Positions 63,121-64,000 of a stretch of 64,000 nt of DNA are shown here, piece after piece. The stretch lies in NCBI GenBank assembly GCA_963788375.1, contig CAWBGT010000016.1, positions 94,078 through 158,077 on the forward strand, read 5' to 3'. The position numbers were made by a program, and so were the translations under genes. Positions within the stretch are counted from its first letter, which is position 1. Every line of letters starts with the position of its first letter. The notes beneath the pieces are model-generated. The model searched no databases. It had not been told where the DNA came from and saw only the letters and a program-made list of their open reading frames with translations. Origin of the DNA: an uncultured Chloroflexia bacterium. Lineage in GTDB: Bacteria > Chloroflexota > Limnocylindria > Limnocylindrales > CSP1-4.

Positions 63121-63214
63121 GCTCGCGCCAGGTCGGCACGGTCCTTGGGTCGTCCGGTTGCGCGCGCAACGGTTTCGGGTCCCGGTGCTATGCTCGCGAG
63201 CGTGTCCCCCACGA

Positions 63215-64000
63215 CCATGACCGGCGAGCCTCCCTGTCCGCCGGCCACTGGTGACACGTCGCCGGTGGCCAGCTCTGTCGCGTTGCGCGCCGTGCGCCGG
63301 CCGTTCGAGACCATCGAGCCTGCCCGCTGGGACGCGCTCGCGGCGGCGAACCCGTGGGCGACGCCCTTCTCGCACTGGGCATTCCACCGGGCCTGGTGGG
63401 ACGGGTATGGCGGGACCGCCCACGAGGAGACCGTCGCCCTGGTGCCGGCGGAGGGCCCGGACGATGCCGAGCCGGTGGCTATCGCGCCCCTGATGCATCG
63501 CCATGAGGTGGAGCCATCCGACGTGGCCCTCCAGACGACGATCCGCCACGCGGACGGCCCGGAGCTGACCGCCGTCCCCCCGGATGCGAAGGCGGTGTTC
63601 TTCGGCGCTTCCTACCACGCGGACTACGCCACGCTCCTTGCCGCGCCCGCAGACCTGCCGGCGGTGGCGGAGGCGCTCGCCGCGTATTGCGGCACGGTGG
63701 GTGATCGGGAGCACCCCGACCCCTGGGACGTTGTTGACCTGCGCCGGCTGCGCTGTGGGGACCCCGCCGGGGACGCGCTGGCCGCGGCCTTCGGCGCTCG
63801 CGAGATGACGGAGGGCTGGACGCTCAACATGGAGCGCGAGGACGTGTGCCCGGTCGCGGAGCTGCCGGCAGGCGGCTCCATGGACGACTACTTCGCGGGC
63901 CTGGGCAAGAAGGAGCGCCACGAGATCCGGCGCAAGGTCCGCCGCGCCGAGGCCGCCGGCGATGTCCGGCTCGACGACTCCGCCGATGCGCTCGCGGACC
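63215..64000 (+). CDS. GNAT/FemAB-like (CelD/BioF2-type) acyltransferase-domain protein, 5' partial (runs off the window end)
   Basis: 'NPWATPFSHWAFHRAWWDGYGG' motif typical of Acetyltransf_6 (FemAB-like) domains. No stop before base 64000. Confidence 0.5.

Overview
High-GC (about 70%) chromosomal window, probably from a monoderm, Actinobacteria-like organism. The main blocks are: (i) glyA 3' end, a WecA/Rfe-like GT4 transferase, a complete F1Fo ATP synthase operon (atpZ-like, atpBEFHAGDC), then murA and mreB; (ii) housekeeping and regulatory genes (PHP phosphoesterase, XRE/ArsR regulators, endonuclease IV, long HPF, ComFC-like); (iii) a Tad/Flp pilus locus on the minus strand with three tandem Flp pilin genes, each followed by a GC-rich hairpin, plus CpaB, a REC-fused CpaE/TadZ, CpaF/TadA, TadB and TadC; (iv) an operon of two cytoplasmic DegS-like HisKA_3 kinases flanking one NarL-type response regulator, coupled to a 54-codon membrane ORF; (v) a large surface-glycan region with several GT-C membrane glycosyltransferases, a Wzy_C/O-antigen-ligase-like protein, a pgl-like UndP-sugar module (PglF-like dehydratase, DegT aminotransferase, PglC-like phosphoglycosyltransferase fused to a SAM methyltransferase), GT2 enzymes and a Ppm1-like GT2; (vi) within it, an ACP-dependent acyl-modification cassette beside an FdtA-like ketoisomerase, a second DegT aminotransferase and a Wzx-like flippase. 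I found no rRNA, tRNA, CRISPR array or insertion sequence. At least seven genes carry apparent 1-nt frameshifts; in two of them the extra base sits in a G-run and restores a canonical motif. Most are therefore probably assembly indels rather than pseudogenes. Many six-frame ORFs are GC-driven antisense artefacts and were ignored.
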